A stretch of 64,000 nucleotides of DNA from Palaeococcus ferrophilus DSM 13482 (GTDB taxonomy: Archaea > Methanobacteriota_B > Thermococci > Thermococcales > Thermococcaceae), in contig NZ_LANF01000010.1 of assembly GCF_000966265.1 (NCBI RefSeq), positions 1 to 64,000 of the forward strand. The letters are read 5' to 3'. The notes under the pieces were generated by a model. The model saw only the letters and a program-made list of their open reading frames with translations. It did not search any database and was not told the origin of the DNA. A program made the translations under genes and the position numbers. Below, in pieces: positions 48,101-56,678 of this stretch; positions within the stretch are counted from its first letter, which is position 1; the number at the start of each line of letters is the position of its first letter.

Positions 48101-51100
48101 AGGCTACATCGGGGGTGGAGGAAAGGCGAGAATAAACGTTAAGAACGCTCTCATAGCAACCGGCGACCCCAACGGGGACGGAAAGAGGGACATCGTTGTG
48201 TATCATCCAGACAGCGGAAAGCTCGTAGTTCACAACCTTCTGGGCGGTGAAGAGAGCGCGGAGCTGGAGAAAGGAGCCGGAGGCTTGGCCCTTCACGACC
48301 TCGACAGGGACGGCAAGGACGAGATAATCCTTGCGGGGGAGTACGGCTTTGTGAGGGTGTACGGCAAGGAGCGGGTGACGGACGAAAACGGAAACCAGAA
48401 GGAAAAATACGTGGAGGAGACCTACTCCCCCGGTGGCAGACTCCATGGGCACGTGGACGTTGCCTGCGGGTACGTTTATGGGTCAACAATATTCGAGGTG
48501 TACCCCACCTGTGCGGTGCTGGACGGCTCCCAGGTATACCTGATAACATCCAACCTCCAGGAACCCATTCAGCTCGTCTCCGGGGAGCATGACCTTGGAA
48601 CGGGGAGGGGTAAGAGGGTCTTCTTCGCAGACATGGGGGGTGATAGGGGAGACAGCGTGCTCGTCCTGCTCTCAACGGGGGAGCTGAGGGAGTACTACAT
48701 TGTATCCGATTCACTGGAGCTCCAGGGGACCATCAATGTTCCATATTCCGACAAAAACGGCTACGCCACAGGTGACATAGACGGCGATGGAATGGACGAG
48801 TTCGTCGTCTTTGACGCGGAAAACAATAAGATTGAAGTCTACACAATGGACGGCCTTGAGGAGGAAGTCCCGTTCTACTTTGGGGGTGCCCCAGTAAAGA
48901 AGGCAAAGATCGGGGATGTCCTTCCCGGAAGGGGCGGGGAAGTGGTTTTCCCCAGCTCAGACGGTGAATGGCTGTACTTCTACACATGGGACGAGCTCCA
49001 GAACTTTGAGCCGCTGTCCCCCACGCTCATAGAGGAGTGGGGCAACTACCTCAAGGACGGCTGGCTCGACCACGGATACCTCGTCATAGTGGGCGAGACG
49101 GAGATAGTGCCGGCACTCAAGACGAGCTATGACCCATTATGGCTCGACTGGGGGAATACAAAAGTCATCAGGACAACCGACGTTCCCTACGCCAACACCG
49201 AGGGAGACGTCCTTGATCCCGAGCTGATAGTGGCGAGGTTCCCGGGTTACAGGGCTGGCGAGATACTCAAGGGAATTGAGAACGCCATAGCCGTGGCAAG
49301 GGGGGAGTGCTCCTTCGACCGCTCCCACGCGCTTATACTGTCGGGATGGCCCGAGTCGAGGGGCGGTGGCTCCGACTATATAGACTTCTACGAGCACAGC
49401 CTTGCAGTTTACAGGGCGCTCAGGGATCAGGGGGCGGAAGTGAGAATTCTCAAGAGCACGGACTACCCGGACGAAGAGGTTAACGGCAGCAAGATTTCGC
49501 ACAGGGGAGACGTTGTTAACGCCTTCTTCAACCTGGCCCCAGGGAGGGATATAATACACCTTGAGGGCCACGGAAACTGGAACGTGATAGACGACCTCTA
49601 TGCAAGCGACTTATCAGGGAGAACCCGGCCATTCGGCGGAACCTGCCCCTTCGTTTACGCGGAGTCCTGCCTGACCGGGGACTACACGAAGGGGAAGAGC
49701 GTGGCCGAGGCCTTCCTCCAGGCGGGAGCGGCGGTTTACCTCGGCGCCACGGAGGAGGTGTGGAGCGCACCGTGGACTGCAAGGGCCAAGAGGCTTTACA
49801 GGAAGTGGGACTCCAGGGAGAGCATAGGTATGGCCCTCAGGGAGCTGAAGAGGGAGATGGGAGGCTGGGAGCTCGAAGACGAGATGGACATGGTGTGGGT
49901 TCTGGAGATGCACCTCTACGGCGACCCCAAGCTCGGCCTCGGCGTCTCCACACCCGAGGAGAGGGCGAACTCGGGAGCCCCGAAGAGCCTCGACCTCCAG
50001 ACTCCCGACTACAGCATAGAGAGGACGGACGAGGGGGACGTCATGGGCATCGAGGGCGGCTCCTACGTGGAAGTGCCCGGCAACCCCCTGCTCCCCTACT
50101 ACACCTACACCCTCATAGTTCCTGCCGGAAGCAGAGTAGCTGACGTCAGGCTCGTGGGGAAGGAGGTCGCTGAAAGGGTGCCCCTCAACCCGGTCATCGC
50201 GAGGATCGGGAAGCTCGGTGGAAACGTGACCTACAACACCACCACGGTTAACCTCACCCTCCCGGACTACAGGTGGCGCATCATCGAGAACCCCGACGGC
50301 AGCACAACGCTCGTCATAAAGGTCTTCCCCGTGAGGTACAACGAGCTGACTGGAGAGGCTACAATCTATCGCTCCCACCGCTTCGAGATATCCTACGTCG
50401 AGACTGGGGTAAGGCTTGAGTCCCTGGTGCTCAGCGGGGAGAGGATAAAGCGCGGAGACACTCTTAAGGCAGGCCTCATCCTCACGAACACGGGAAGGGA
50501 CGACGTCGTGCTCACCGCGAGGATCAGAAGGGTTTCGAACAACTCCGTGGCCTTCGAAGCTCCGGCGAGGCTCCTCGAAGGCTTCGGCGGCGTTGGAAGG
50601 TTCTCGACGGAGTTCGGCACGGAGGGCCTTGAGGAAGGGGAGTACTACGTCGAGATGGAGGCGAGGGACACCGAAGGACACGTCCTCGACAGGAAGACCG
50701 CCTACTTCAGCGTCGGCTTTGCCGAGCTGGTGGTGAGCCTTTATCCTGAAGGGGAACCCTCACCGGGGGAGGAGTTCACCGCGGTGATGGAGATAACCAA
50801 CGTGGGCGACCTTCCAGCTATCGGGAGCGCGCACATAACCTCCCCCGAGGGGAATGAGCTGGTCAGGAACGTGACGGTGATGCCAGGCCAGCGGATCACC
50901 ATAGAGGGAACCTTCACTGCCGGAAAGGAGTGGGCCAACCTGACCGGCTACGTCCTCTACGATGGGAGGATGAGCAAGCCGGCCTACTTCTCGATCCCCT
51001 TTGCAAAGCCCGAAGAAGAAAAGCCGGCCGAGACGACCACCGCGCCATCCTCTTCACCATCACCAACGAGTTCATCAACGACTTCTCCAGAGGAGAGCCC

Positions 51101-51212
51101 CGCAACGACCACAGAGACGCCGGGCCCCACGATTCCTAGAGGAATAGTGGGAATTGCTGCATTGGTTCTTGGGGCCATAATTCTCTTCGCCATCCTCCTG
51201 AAGAGGAGGTGA
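45138..51212 (+). CDS. Giant (about 2025 aa) secreted multidomain surface protein: signal peptide, right-handed parallel beta-helix repeats, CARDB-like domains, FG-GAP repeats, clan-CD peptidase-like domain, S/T/P-rich linker, C-terminal transmembrane anchor
   Basis: Start METKR (GGGGGG ribosome-binding site). PbH1-type repeats (NNTITNPIYNGILLRDGSAANTVSGNTVSRGQGSGIVLHESHNNTVEANNLTENAHGLEIV...). FG-GAP motifs (DPNGDGKRDIVVY, DLDRDGKDEIIL, DIDGDGMDEFVVF). IIHLEGHGN...FVYAESCLTG dyad. C-terminal PTIPRGIVGIAALVLGAIILFAILLKRR. Confidence 0.8.
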   Translation: METKRILPFIILGIVLASTIGVPQNTEAGAFPVVRNVNTGEIFQSIQDAIDDPDTRDGHVIELDPGNYRESVVVTKGVVIRSASGNPEDVIIETSEPGLPVFRITHDDAIIKAVTLTGAKKSGTYALVVGKKTYNCRIINVRVFSSYGGVYLDQGGANHRVTMSYFESVAIPITLNSVSATEVSMNSMKGPDRGVVLLSSTGNSILNNTITNPIYNGILLRDGSAANTVSGNTVSRGQGSGIVLHESHNNTVEANNLTENAHGLEIVGGSKGNIVRDNFITGNELGVYIADTSWNLLYNNYLSNGQNARDTGENYWNTTKREGPNIVGGPYIGGNYWSDYEGSDKDGDGIGDTQVPHTSGGGVRAGDWLPLVKATPGGGLPDLIVTDIWKEGGKLWFQVRNVEGKDSGPFEVALLLNGEPVKTLSVEGLKAGEPFDGSFDLPECRGGVLRVGVWADSGGKVHESDEENNARVEEWKCDEEPPRIVGLKAVEVGRDYAVIFVGTSEESRVKVKYSPDTLPSEVTDDELKEKHVIRLEGLEPGTLYWFMAEVSDGSGNSAVSERAFFKTLPVPDGEKPGVERLTLPITPGKPLRAYIRDNTGIDRVEFYVDGRLMGVDYSPGNLSMMYLTPGILGMAGIGRDAYYTEHEVIVRVCDTSGLCDNVTEIWRPSYEVQSVEVEVVSPPDHYTMSTLQANSTGSIEVSVYAAEYELSIRDCPSSELGQLMCLNSPGELIPHPVDSLTLYVWGPNGYEVKRVFYPHTDNDLTFTYEWDVRNLEPGLYLIAAVANSTNGQSYFSRAVTVEVASPRKEYSFHQEIRRVGNYFNVTLSVRNTGEVPIRLDEITETLKGFQAVVRNGTGYTMTGRYYVEEEHERVTFNFNGTTLEPGEVARASYLAVPLLYPHQVYRGIGVPVVVEVDEHLETFYPSQTVRADESLESMDEAAVNAMGQSDYLIVTNPENLFHINENEDDVQRLLSAMAELAILRNGVIGYIGGGGKARINVKNALIATGDPNGDGKRDIVVYHPDSGKLVVHNLLGGEESAELEKGAGGLALHDLDRDGKDEIILAGEYGFVRVYGKERVTDENGNQKEKYVEETYSPGGRLHGHVDVACGYVYGSTIFEVYPTCAVLDGSQVYLITSNLQEPIQLVSGEHDLGTGRGKRVFFADMGGDRGDSVLVLLSTGELREYYIVSDSLELQGTINVPYSDKNGYATGDIDGDGMDEFVVFDAENNKIEVYTMDGLEEEVPFYFGGAPVKKAKIGDVLPGRGGEVVFPSSDGEWLYFYTWDELQNFEPLSPTLIEEWGNYLKDGWLDHGYLVIVGETEIVPALKTSYDPLWLDWGNTKVIRTTDVPYANTEGDVLDPELIVARFPGYRAGEILKGIENAIAVARGECSFDRSHALILSGWPESRGGGSDYIDFYEHSLAVYRALRDQGAEVRILKSTDYPDEEVNGSKISHRGDVVNAFFNLAPGRDIIHLEGHGNWNVIDDLYASDLSGRTRPFGGTCPFVYAESCLTGDYTKGKSVAEAFLQAGAAVYLGATEEVWSAPWTARAKRLYRKWDSRESIGMALRELKREMGGWELEDEMDMVWVLEMHLYGDPKLGLGVSTPEERANSGAPKSLDLQTPDYSIERTDEGDVMGIEGGSYVEVPGNPLLPYYTYTLIVPAGSRVADVRLVGKEVAERVPLNPVIARIGKLGGNVTYNTTTVNLTLPDYRWRIIENPDGSTTLVIKVFPVRYNELTGEATIYRSHRFEISYVETGVRLESLVLSGERIKRGDTLKAGLILTNTGRDDVVLTARIRRVSNNSVAFEAPARLLEGFGGVGRFSTEFGTEGLEEGEYYVEMEARDTEGHVLDRKTAYFSVGFAELVVSLYPEGEPSPGEEFTAVMEITNVGDLPAIGSAHITSPEGNELVRNVTVMPGQRITIEGTFTAGKEWANLTGYVLYDGRMSKPAYFSIPFAKPEEEKPAETTTAPSSSPSPTSSSTTSPEESPATTTETPGPTIPRGIVGIAALVLGAIILFAILLKRR

Positions 51213-51250
51213 GGCTTTCTTTTCCCTCACTTTTAAAGGAGGGGTTCGGA

Positions 51251-54200
51251 ATGGAAAGGGTTCAGATGATATCGCTCATTTTTGTTTTTCTGCTCTTTAC
51301 CGCCGTGCCCAGCGCGGCCTACCGCTGGATAGACCGGAACTTTGAAGAGGGAGGCCTAGTCGCTCTGGACGAGGAAATAATAATAGTGGACGTTAGGGGG
51401 AAGGATATTATAGCGAGCAACGGCTTCAGGATGGAGTGGCCACTGGCCTCGATTTCGGATTCAGTATGCGCGGGAGACCTCATTGGAAGCCCCGCCGCGG
51501 AGATAGTCTACGCCAGCTCGAAAACAGGGAAGATTTACATCATAAGCTCCGCGGAGAGAGTAATAGCCACCTATGATATAACCTTCAAAGCAGGGGAGGA
51601 TATAGAGTGCGGGGACGTGGACAACGACGGGTACGATGAGATAGTTCATGCGAGGAACGATGAGTCTGTGCACATATACTCCCTGGAACCCAGGGTGGTT
51701 GGGGGCAGAAAGAGGCTTGAGCTTCTCTCCGAGGGGAGCTTTCCACTTCCCGGATTCCTAGCGGGCGATGACATAGCGGTTGCTGACATTAACGGCGACT
51801 GGAGGGCGGATATCCTCCACCTAAGCCAAGTCTACGACAGCATCACGGTCTATTCCCCCGACGGCGGGAGGCTTTACTCCCAGAGGCTCTACAACACCCA
51901 GGATGATCCTGCGGTCCCGATTGATGTCATCTCAGGAGACAGCCTCTCCGTCATGAAGAGGCCAGAGTACAGGGTGATCTATTCTCTCTCCCGCGAGCCC
52001 AGAAAGATTGTGGAGCTCACTTTTCTCCTGGGCTCTCAGACCCAGGGAAAGGTATTCGGGGGGAGCATATACTACTCTCCAGAGGAGGACAGCTTTTCCA
52101 TGGGAATGAGGCCCAGGGGAGGGGTTGACGCCTCTTTCTCCAAGGGGGACAGGGTACTCGTGATGATGCAGTACAGCCGCCCCATGACATGGGTGCTCAA
52201 CGATGATTTGCCACTCAACGCCCTCCTCATAAAGAAAAACGCGAGCGTGTACCAGGTTACGAGCCTCTACCCCCACGGGCTTAGGCCCGTCAGCTGGGCT
52301 GGATTTCCAGAAACCTCCGGAGTACTCGCCGCCTCTGGGGACATAGACTACACTTCGGTCGTCGTTGGCCGCCCGGTAAAGAGAGTTCTCCCCCTGAAGT
52401 CCCCGCCCCTCTTTGTGCTGGAGGCGCCCCCAAAGGATGCTGACGTTCTAAACACCTCCGGAACTCTGTACCTAGAGTTCAACGGAAGCGTGAAAATCAG
52501 GGTTCCAACTGATGCGGAATTCACCCAAGGCGCATTAGAAGAACTCCTAGTAACCACCTCCCCTCACACAAAAGTTCTCTACATCATGCCCCCCTTCAGG
52601 AGGTACACGGTGGGCAGGGAAAAGGAACTCAATCTAAGCATTTCGGCGGAAGATTCGGACAAGGCCCTCTACGTGGAGGCGCTCTACGAGATATACGAGT
52701 TCCCAATACTGAACCCCGCGGAGGCTTCCTATCACAACGGCGAGCTCCAGCACCTCGTGTACTACATCCCCCTAGAGGATCCCGTTCCGAGGGTGGAGGA
52801 CTACGATTCCCCCTTCCACGAGGTTGGGGACATAAGGACGTACCCCACGTACAACGCCACACCCTACTTCAACTTCGTTAACCCCCACGTCAACCTAAGC
52901 GACGGGCGGAGCATACCCCTCTACCTGTCCGATCAGATGATCGAGGGCATAACCATTGGGGAGGAGCCTTTTGAGGTCGAGAAGGATTTTAAGTGGTCGA
53001 GGGTCAAAGCCACTCCCCGGAACATCCCCCTGGACATCATGCGTCAGACGATTTTCTCCCCGTTTTTCAAGCTTGATGCTCAGGGGAAGGTTACACTCCA
53101 CTACTCCGGAGGCATAGACGATCCCTCAAAGCAGTACACAATAGCGTTCATACCCGGAAAATACGCAACCTCTCACGTCCTCGTTCCCGCAAACATCAGT
53201 GTCTACAACAAAACCAGGACGGAGTATTACTGGATTGGGGGAGTGTTCTTCGCCATCAACTCCACGGGGGACTACTACAGGAGCAGGTCGAGGAGCCCCC
53301 TCGGCTTCAGCTACGATACCGTGATCAACGTGAACAACCCCAACCTGAACATCCCGCCCTGGTTAAGGGGCCTCTACGAGACCAGCTGCAGCCTAAAGCC
53401 CAAGCCTGCAGAGGGAAAGGCCCCGCTGAGAACAACCATCGTAACCGACGTGTACGCCCCCTTCGGGGTGACGAAATGGGCCATGGACTTCGGGGACGGC
53501 GAGGTCAGGACGGGCATCGGGAACTCCTACGGCAACTTCACCCACGAGTACAGGGCGGGAGGGGAGTACACCCTCAACCTAACGCTGAGGAACGTCTGGA
53601 ACTCCACGGTGAGCTGCTCCGCCAGCGTCAGGGTGGCCCCCAACAAGCCGCCGAAGGCGAGGTTTGAGTTCTCCCCAGAAAAGCCCCTAACCGGCCAGGA
53701 GGTACGCTTCAAAGACGCCTCGACGGACGACGGGGATATTGTGAGCTGGAACTGGGATTTTGGTGACGGAGAAACATCATCACTAAGGAATCCCAGCCAC
53801 GAATACGACCTCCCCGGAACCTACACGGTCAGTCTTACCGTTCTGGACGAGGGGGGCTACTCCTCCACGTATTCCAAGGAAATCACGGTCGAGATGCCCA
53901 ACTATCCCCCGCTCGCGGACTTCACGTACTCCCCCGAGGAGCCAAAGGCCGGGGAGGAGGTAATCTTCCAGGATCTCTCTATGGACCAGGACGGCTCCAT
54001 AACCTCATGGTCGTGGGACTTCGGGGACGGAAAGGGCTCCTCGGAGAGGAACCCAAGGCACGTCTACAGCTCCCCTGGAACTTATGAGGTTCTCCTGGTG
54101 GTTGAGGACAATGAAGGGGCCGCGGACAAAATTGTGAAGGTCATCACGGTGGCTCCAGGAGAGTCCAGCCAGACGACCACAACAGCACCGACCGAATCCC

Positions 54201-54382
54201 CTACCCCGACTTTGGAGACCCGTTCCGAGACGGAAACAGGGGGAACTCCCACTTCGACAGCATCGGAATCAACACCATCAAAGACCACAAGCCCCTCAGG
54301 TGGAGGAATCTGCGGGCCTGGGGCGGTGATGTTCCTGGCAGCAGTGATTCTCCTCGCAAGGAGGATTGGGAGGGGCCGCTGA
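51251..54382 (+). CDS. Large (about 1044 aa) secreted surface protein with FG-GAP repeats, three PKD domains, an S/T/P-rich linker and a C-terminal ICGPGA-TM-RR anchor
   Basis: Start MERVQ (AAAGGAGGGG ribosome-binding site), 38 nt after the upstream stop. The WDFGDG PKD signature occurs three times. C-terminal GGGICGPGAVMFLAAVILLARRIGRGR. Confidence 0.8.
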   Translation: MERVQMISLIFVFLLFTAVPSAAYRWIDRNFEEGGLVALDEEIIIVDVRGKDIIASNGFRMEWPLASISDSVCAGDLIGSPAAEIVYASSKTGKIYIISSAERVIATYDITFKAGEDIECGDVDNDGYDEIVHARNDESVHIYSLEPRVVGGRKRLELLSEGSFPLPGFLAGDDIAVADINGDWRADILHLSQVYDSITVYSPDGGRLYSQRLYNTQDDPAVPIDVISGDSLSVMKRPEYRVIYSLSREPRKIVELTFLLGSQTQGKVFGGSIYYSPEEDSFSMGMRPRGGVDASFSKGDRVLVMMQYSRPMTWVLNDDLPLNALLIKKNASVYQVTSLYPHGLRPVSWAGFPETSGVLAASGDIDYTSVVVGRPVKRVLPLKSPPLFVLEAPPKDADVLNTSGTLYLEFNGSVKIRVPTDAEFTQGALEELLVTTSPHTKVLYIMPPFRRYTVGREKELNLSISAEDSDKALYVEALYEIYEFPILNPAEASYHNGELQHLVYYIPLEDPVPRVEDYDSPFHEVGDIRTYPTYNATPYFNFVNPHVNLSDGRSIPLYLSDQMIEGITIGEEPFEVEKDFKWSRVKATPRNIPLDIMRQTIFSPFFKLDAQGKVTLHYSGGIDDPSKQYTIAFIPGKYATSHVLVPANISVYNKTRTEYYWIGGVFFAINSTGDYYRSRSRSPLGFSYDTVINVNNPNLNIPPWLRGLYETSCSLKPKPAEGKAPLRTTIVTDVYAPFGVTKWAMDFGDGEVRTGIGNSYGNFTHEYRAGGEYTLNLTLRNVWNSTVSCSASVRVAPNKPPKARFEFSPEKPLTGQEVRFKDASTDDGDIVSWNWDFGDGETSSLRNPSHEYDLPGTYTVSLTVLDEGGYSSTYSKEITVEMPNYPPLADFTYSPEEPKAGEEVIFQDLSMDQDGSITSWSWDFGDGKGSSERNPRHVYSSPGTYEVLLVVEDNEGAADKIVKVITVAPGESSQTTTTAPTESPTPTLETRSETETGGTPTSTASESTPSKTTSPSGGGICGPGAVMFLAAVILLARRIGRGR

Positions 54383-54386
54383 CCCC

Positions 54387-56612
54387 TCACTCCCTTTTCT
54401 TAAGCTTCACCACCTGTTTCGCGAACTCCTCGAGGACTTCCTTCCTCATGCCCTCGAAGAACTTTATTGACCCGGCGAAGCTGTGGCCGCCGCCCTCGAT
54501 TCCAGCCGATGGGAGCTTCTCCTGGAGCTTTGGAATTATCTCGTTGAGGTCGAAACCGTAAGCCTCCATGCCGTCAGCGGCCCTAACCACGGCGAAGTCC
54601 GGCCCGTAGGCGAGCGTCAGTATTGGCGAATCTTCCCCATACTGCTCCTTGAAGTGGTCGTGGATTAATCCGGAGAGTTTGCCCGGGCTTGGATAGGAGA
54701 ACTTCGGCGCGAAGAGCTCTATGTCTATGGTGTTGAACCTTACCCCGTTGGGCAGGACGACGCTCTTGACGTGCGGGAGCGAAGCCCTCAGCGCTTTCTC
54801 CTGCTTCTCCTTTACCTCGGGGTAGATCGCATCAACGAGCATGCGGTGCCTCCTCAAATTTCCACTCAGGAGGAGGAGCTCCTCTATAATACCCTTCCCG
54901 TCCATGAACTTCCAGAAGTAGGCCTCGTGGTCAATGACCTCGCTTATCTTTTTCAAATCCTCCCCGGTGAGGCCCTTCTCCCTTGCGAACTTCAGGTACT
55001 GTTCGAACTCCGGGGCCTTGCTCCTGTCTCCGGTCCCTGCTATGGCCGGGAGGTGCTTTATCCTATCCTCCACGGGGGGATAGATGAAGCGCGCGAGCTC
55101 CGTGGCGAGCATTCCGGCGGTTAACTCGTAGTAGCCCCTCTTTATGTGGTGGGGGTTCACGTGGACGTTCACGTATTCATCAACCTTAGCCTTCCCCTCG
55201 CTCACCCACTCGCGAGGGTCGTGGTGGTCAACGACAACTATGGGCACGCCGTAGGCCCTGAGGCGCTTGTAAGCGGGGATGTCCTCGCTCGTTCCGCCGT
55301 TGTCAACTATAACTATCAGCGGGAGCTCCTCGCCGAACTTGCGCGAGTCCTCGACGAAGAATATTATGTCCTTGAGCACATCCTCCAGCTCGTAGAAGGG
55401 GGCCCTGCTAGGCCTGCGCTTGAAGAGGTGCCACTCCGCGTCCGGATCGGGCGACACCTCCTTGAGGAGGGGCACTATGGCGCTCTCAAGGGCGAGGCCC
55501 GAGACGTAGCCGTCCGTATCTGCGTGGTGCCTCAGGAGGATGGGCCTCCCTTCGTAGATGGCCTTCCTTATCAGGAAAGCGGCCTCCATGAACCTGGGCT
55601 TGAGCTTCTCAAGAACCTCGCTCTTCACGAGGAAGCCAACATCCTGGGGCCTGGCCTTCTCGTTTAGCGCTTCCTCTATCTTCTTCTTGACCTCGGCTGC
55701 CTCAGGCCCCCAGAGCCTCGCCATGTCGCTCGTCTCTATCTGTATCTCGCCCGCGTGGAAGGAGACCTTCCCTATGACCTCGACTATGTCACCAACCTCT
55801 ATCCTGGGGTAGGCTCTAACGCCCGGGGCCTCGAAGGCGGCCGCCCACGTTATTCCGGTTCCATCGCTTATCGTGAAGACGGTCGGCCCTCCGGTGACCT
55901 GTATCTGCGTCACCTTGCCCCTGAAGCGGACGGTTTTTCCCGCCATGTCCTTGCTTATGTCCCCTATGTCCGTGAGCGGGAGCTCCTTCTTTACCTGGAC
56001 CTCCCTGTAGTTCCTGAGGGCGGACTCTATGAGGTCAACCTCGTTCTTGTCGGGTCTGACATCGAGAACCTGCACGAGCATTGGTTCACCGGGCTTGTAC
56101 TCCCTTCCCCCGAGGAGGTCCTTCCTCTTAACCAGGCCCCTCACGTGCTTGTTGAGGTTCACAAAGACTCCAAAACGCTCCACCCTGTCAATGGTGCCCT
56201 TGTAGACGTTGCCGACCTCGACATCTTCATAATCGCACGTGTTGTCGAGGACGTAAACGACCTTGTACTTCCTCTCGCAGTCCGGGCACACCCACGTCGT
56301 CTCCATACCCGGCTCCCAGGGACCCTTCACCTTACCGCATATGTCGCACGCGAGAACCCTTCCACTCCCCCCGCACGTCGGGCAGGTATCGTAGACCGGG
56401 ACGACTCCCTTACCGTGGCACTCCGGGCAGGGAATCTCGTCCACCTCCTCATCAACGCCGAAGTAATCGAGGTTCCTGTAGCCCTTGAGCTGTTTGTCGA
56501 GTTTGAAATCAGCGGGAACGTAGCCCCATCCATCACACACCTTACACTTCTCCTCACCGGCTTTAACCTTCCCCGTGCCGTGGCACTCGGGGCAGTCCTT
56601 AACAACCATCAC
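54387..56612 (-). CDS. RecJ-like DHH/DHHA1 nuclease with an N-terminal DnaJ-type CxxCxGxG zinc-finger array and an OB fold (HAN/archaeal RecJ-like)
   Basis: 741 aa. Four CxxCxGxG repeats (CPECHGTG, CKVCDGWG, CPECHGKG, CPTCGGSG). S1/OB-like region. DHH motif (IVVVDHHDP). DHHA1-like C-terminus (GGGHSFAGS). Confidence 0.75.
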   Translation of the reverse strand: MMVVKDCPECHGTGKVKAGEEKCKVCDGWGYVPADFKLDKQLKGYRNLDYFGVDEEVDEIPCPECHGKGVVPVYDTCPTCGGSGRVLACDICGKVKGPWEPGMETTWVCPDCERKYKVVYVLDNTCDYEDVEVGNVYKGTIDRVERFGVFVNLNKHVRGLVKRKDLLGGREYKPGEPMLVQVLDVRPDKNEVDLIESALRNYREVQVKKELPLTDIGDISKDMAGKTVRFRGKVTQIQVTGGPTVFTISDGTGITWAAAFEAPGVRAYPRIEVGDIVEVIGKVSFHAGEIQIETSDMARLWGPEAAEVKKKIEEALNEKARPQDVGFLVKSEVLEKLKPRFMEAAFLIRKAIYEGRPILLRHHADTDGYVSGLALESAIVPLLKEVSPDPDAEWHLFKRRPSRAPFYELEDVLKDIIFFVEDSRKFGEELPLIVIVDNGGTSEDIPAYKRLRAYGVPIVVVDHHDPREWVSEGKAKVDEYVNVHVNPHHIKRGYYELTAGMLATELARFIYPPVEDRIKHLPAIAGTGDRSKAPEFEQYLKFAREKGLTGEDLKKISEVIDHEAYFWKFMDGKGIIEELLLLSGNLRRHRMLVDAIYPEVKEKQEKALRASLPHVKSVVLPNGVRFNTIDIELFAPKFSYPSPGKLSGLIHDHFKEQYGEDSPILTLAYGPDFAVVRAADGMEAYGFDLNEIIPKLQEKLPSAGIEGGGHSFAGSIKFFEGMRKEVLEEFAKQVVKLKKRE

Positions 56613-56678
56613 TCACACCTCCAGAAGATGAACGCAATCACAGGATTTAGTTGAGAGGTTGGTTTAAAAAGGTTGGGC

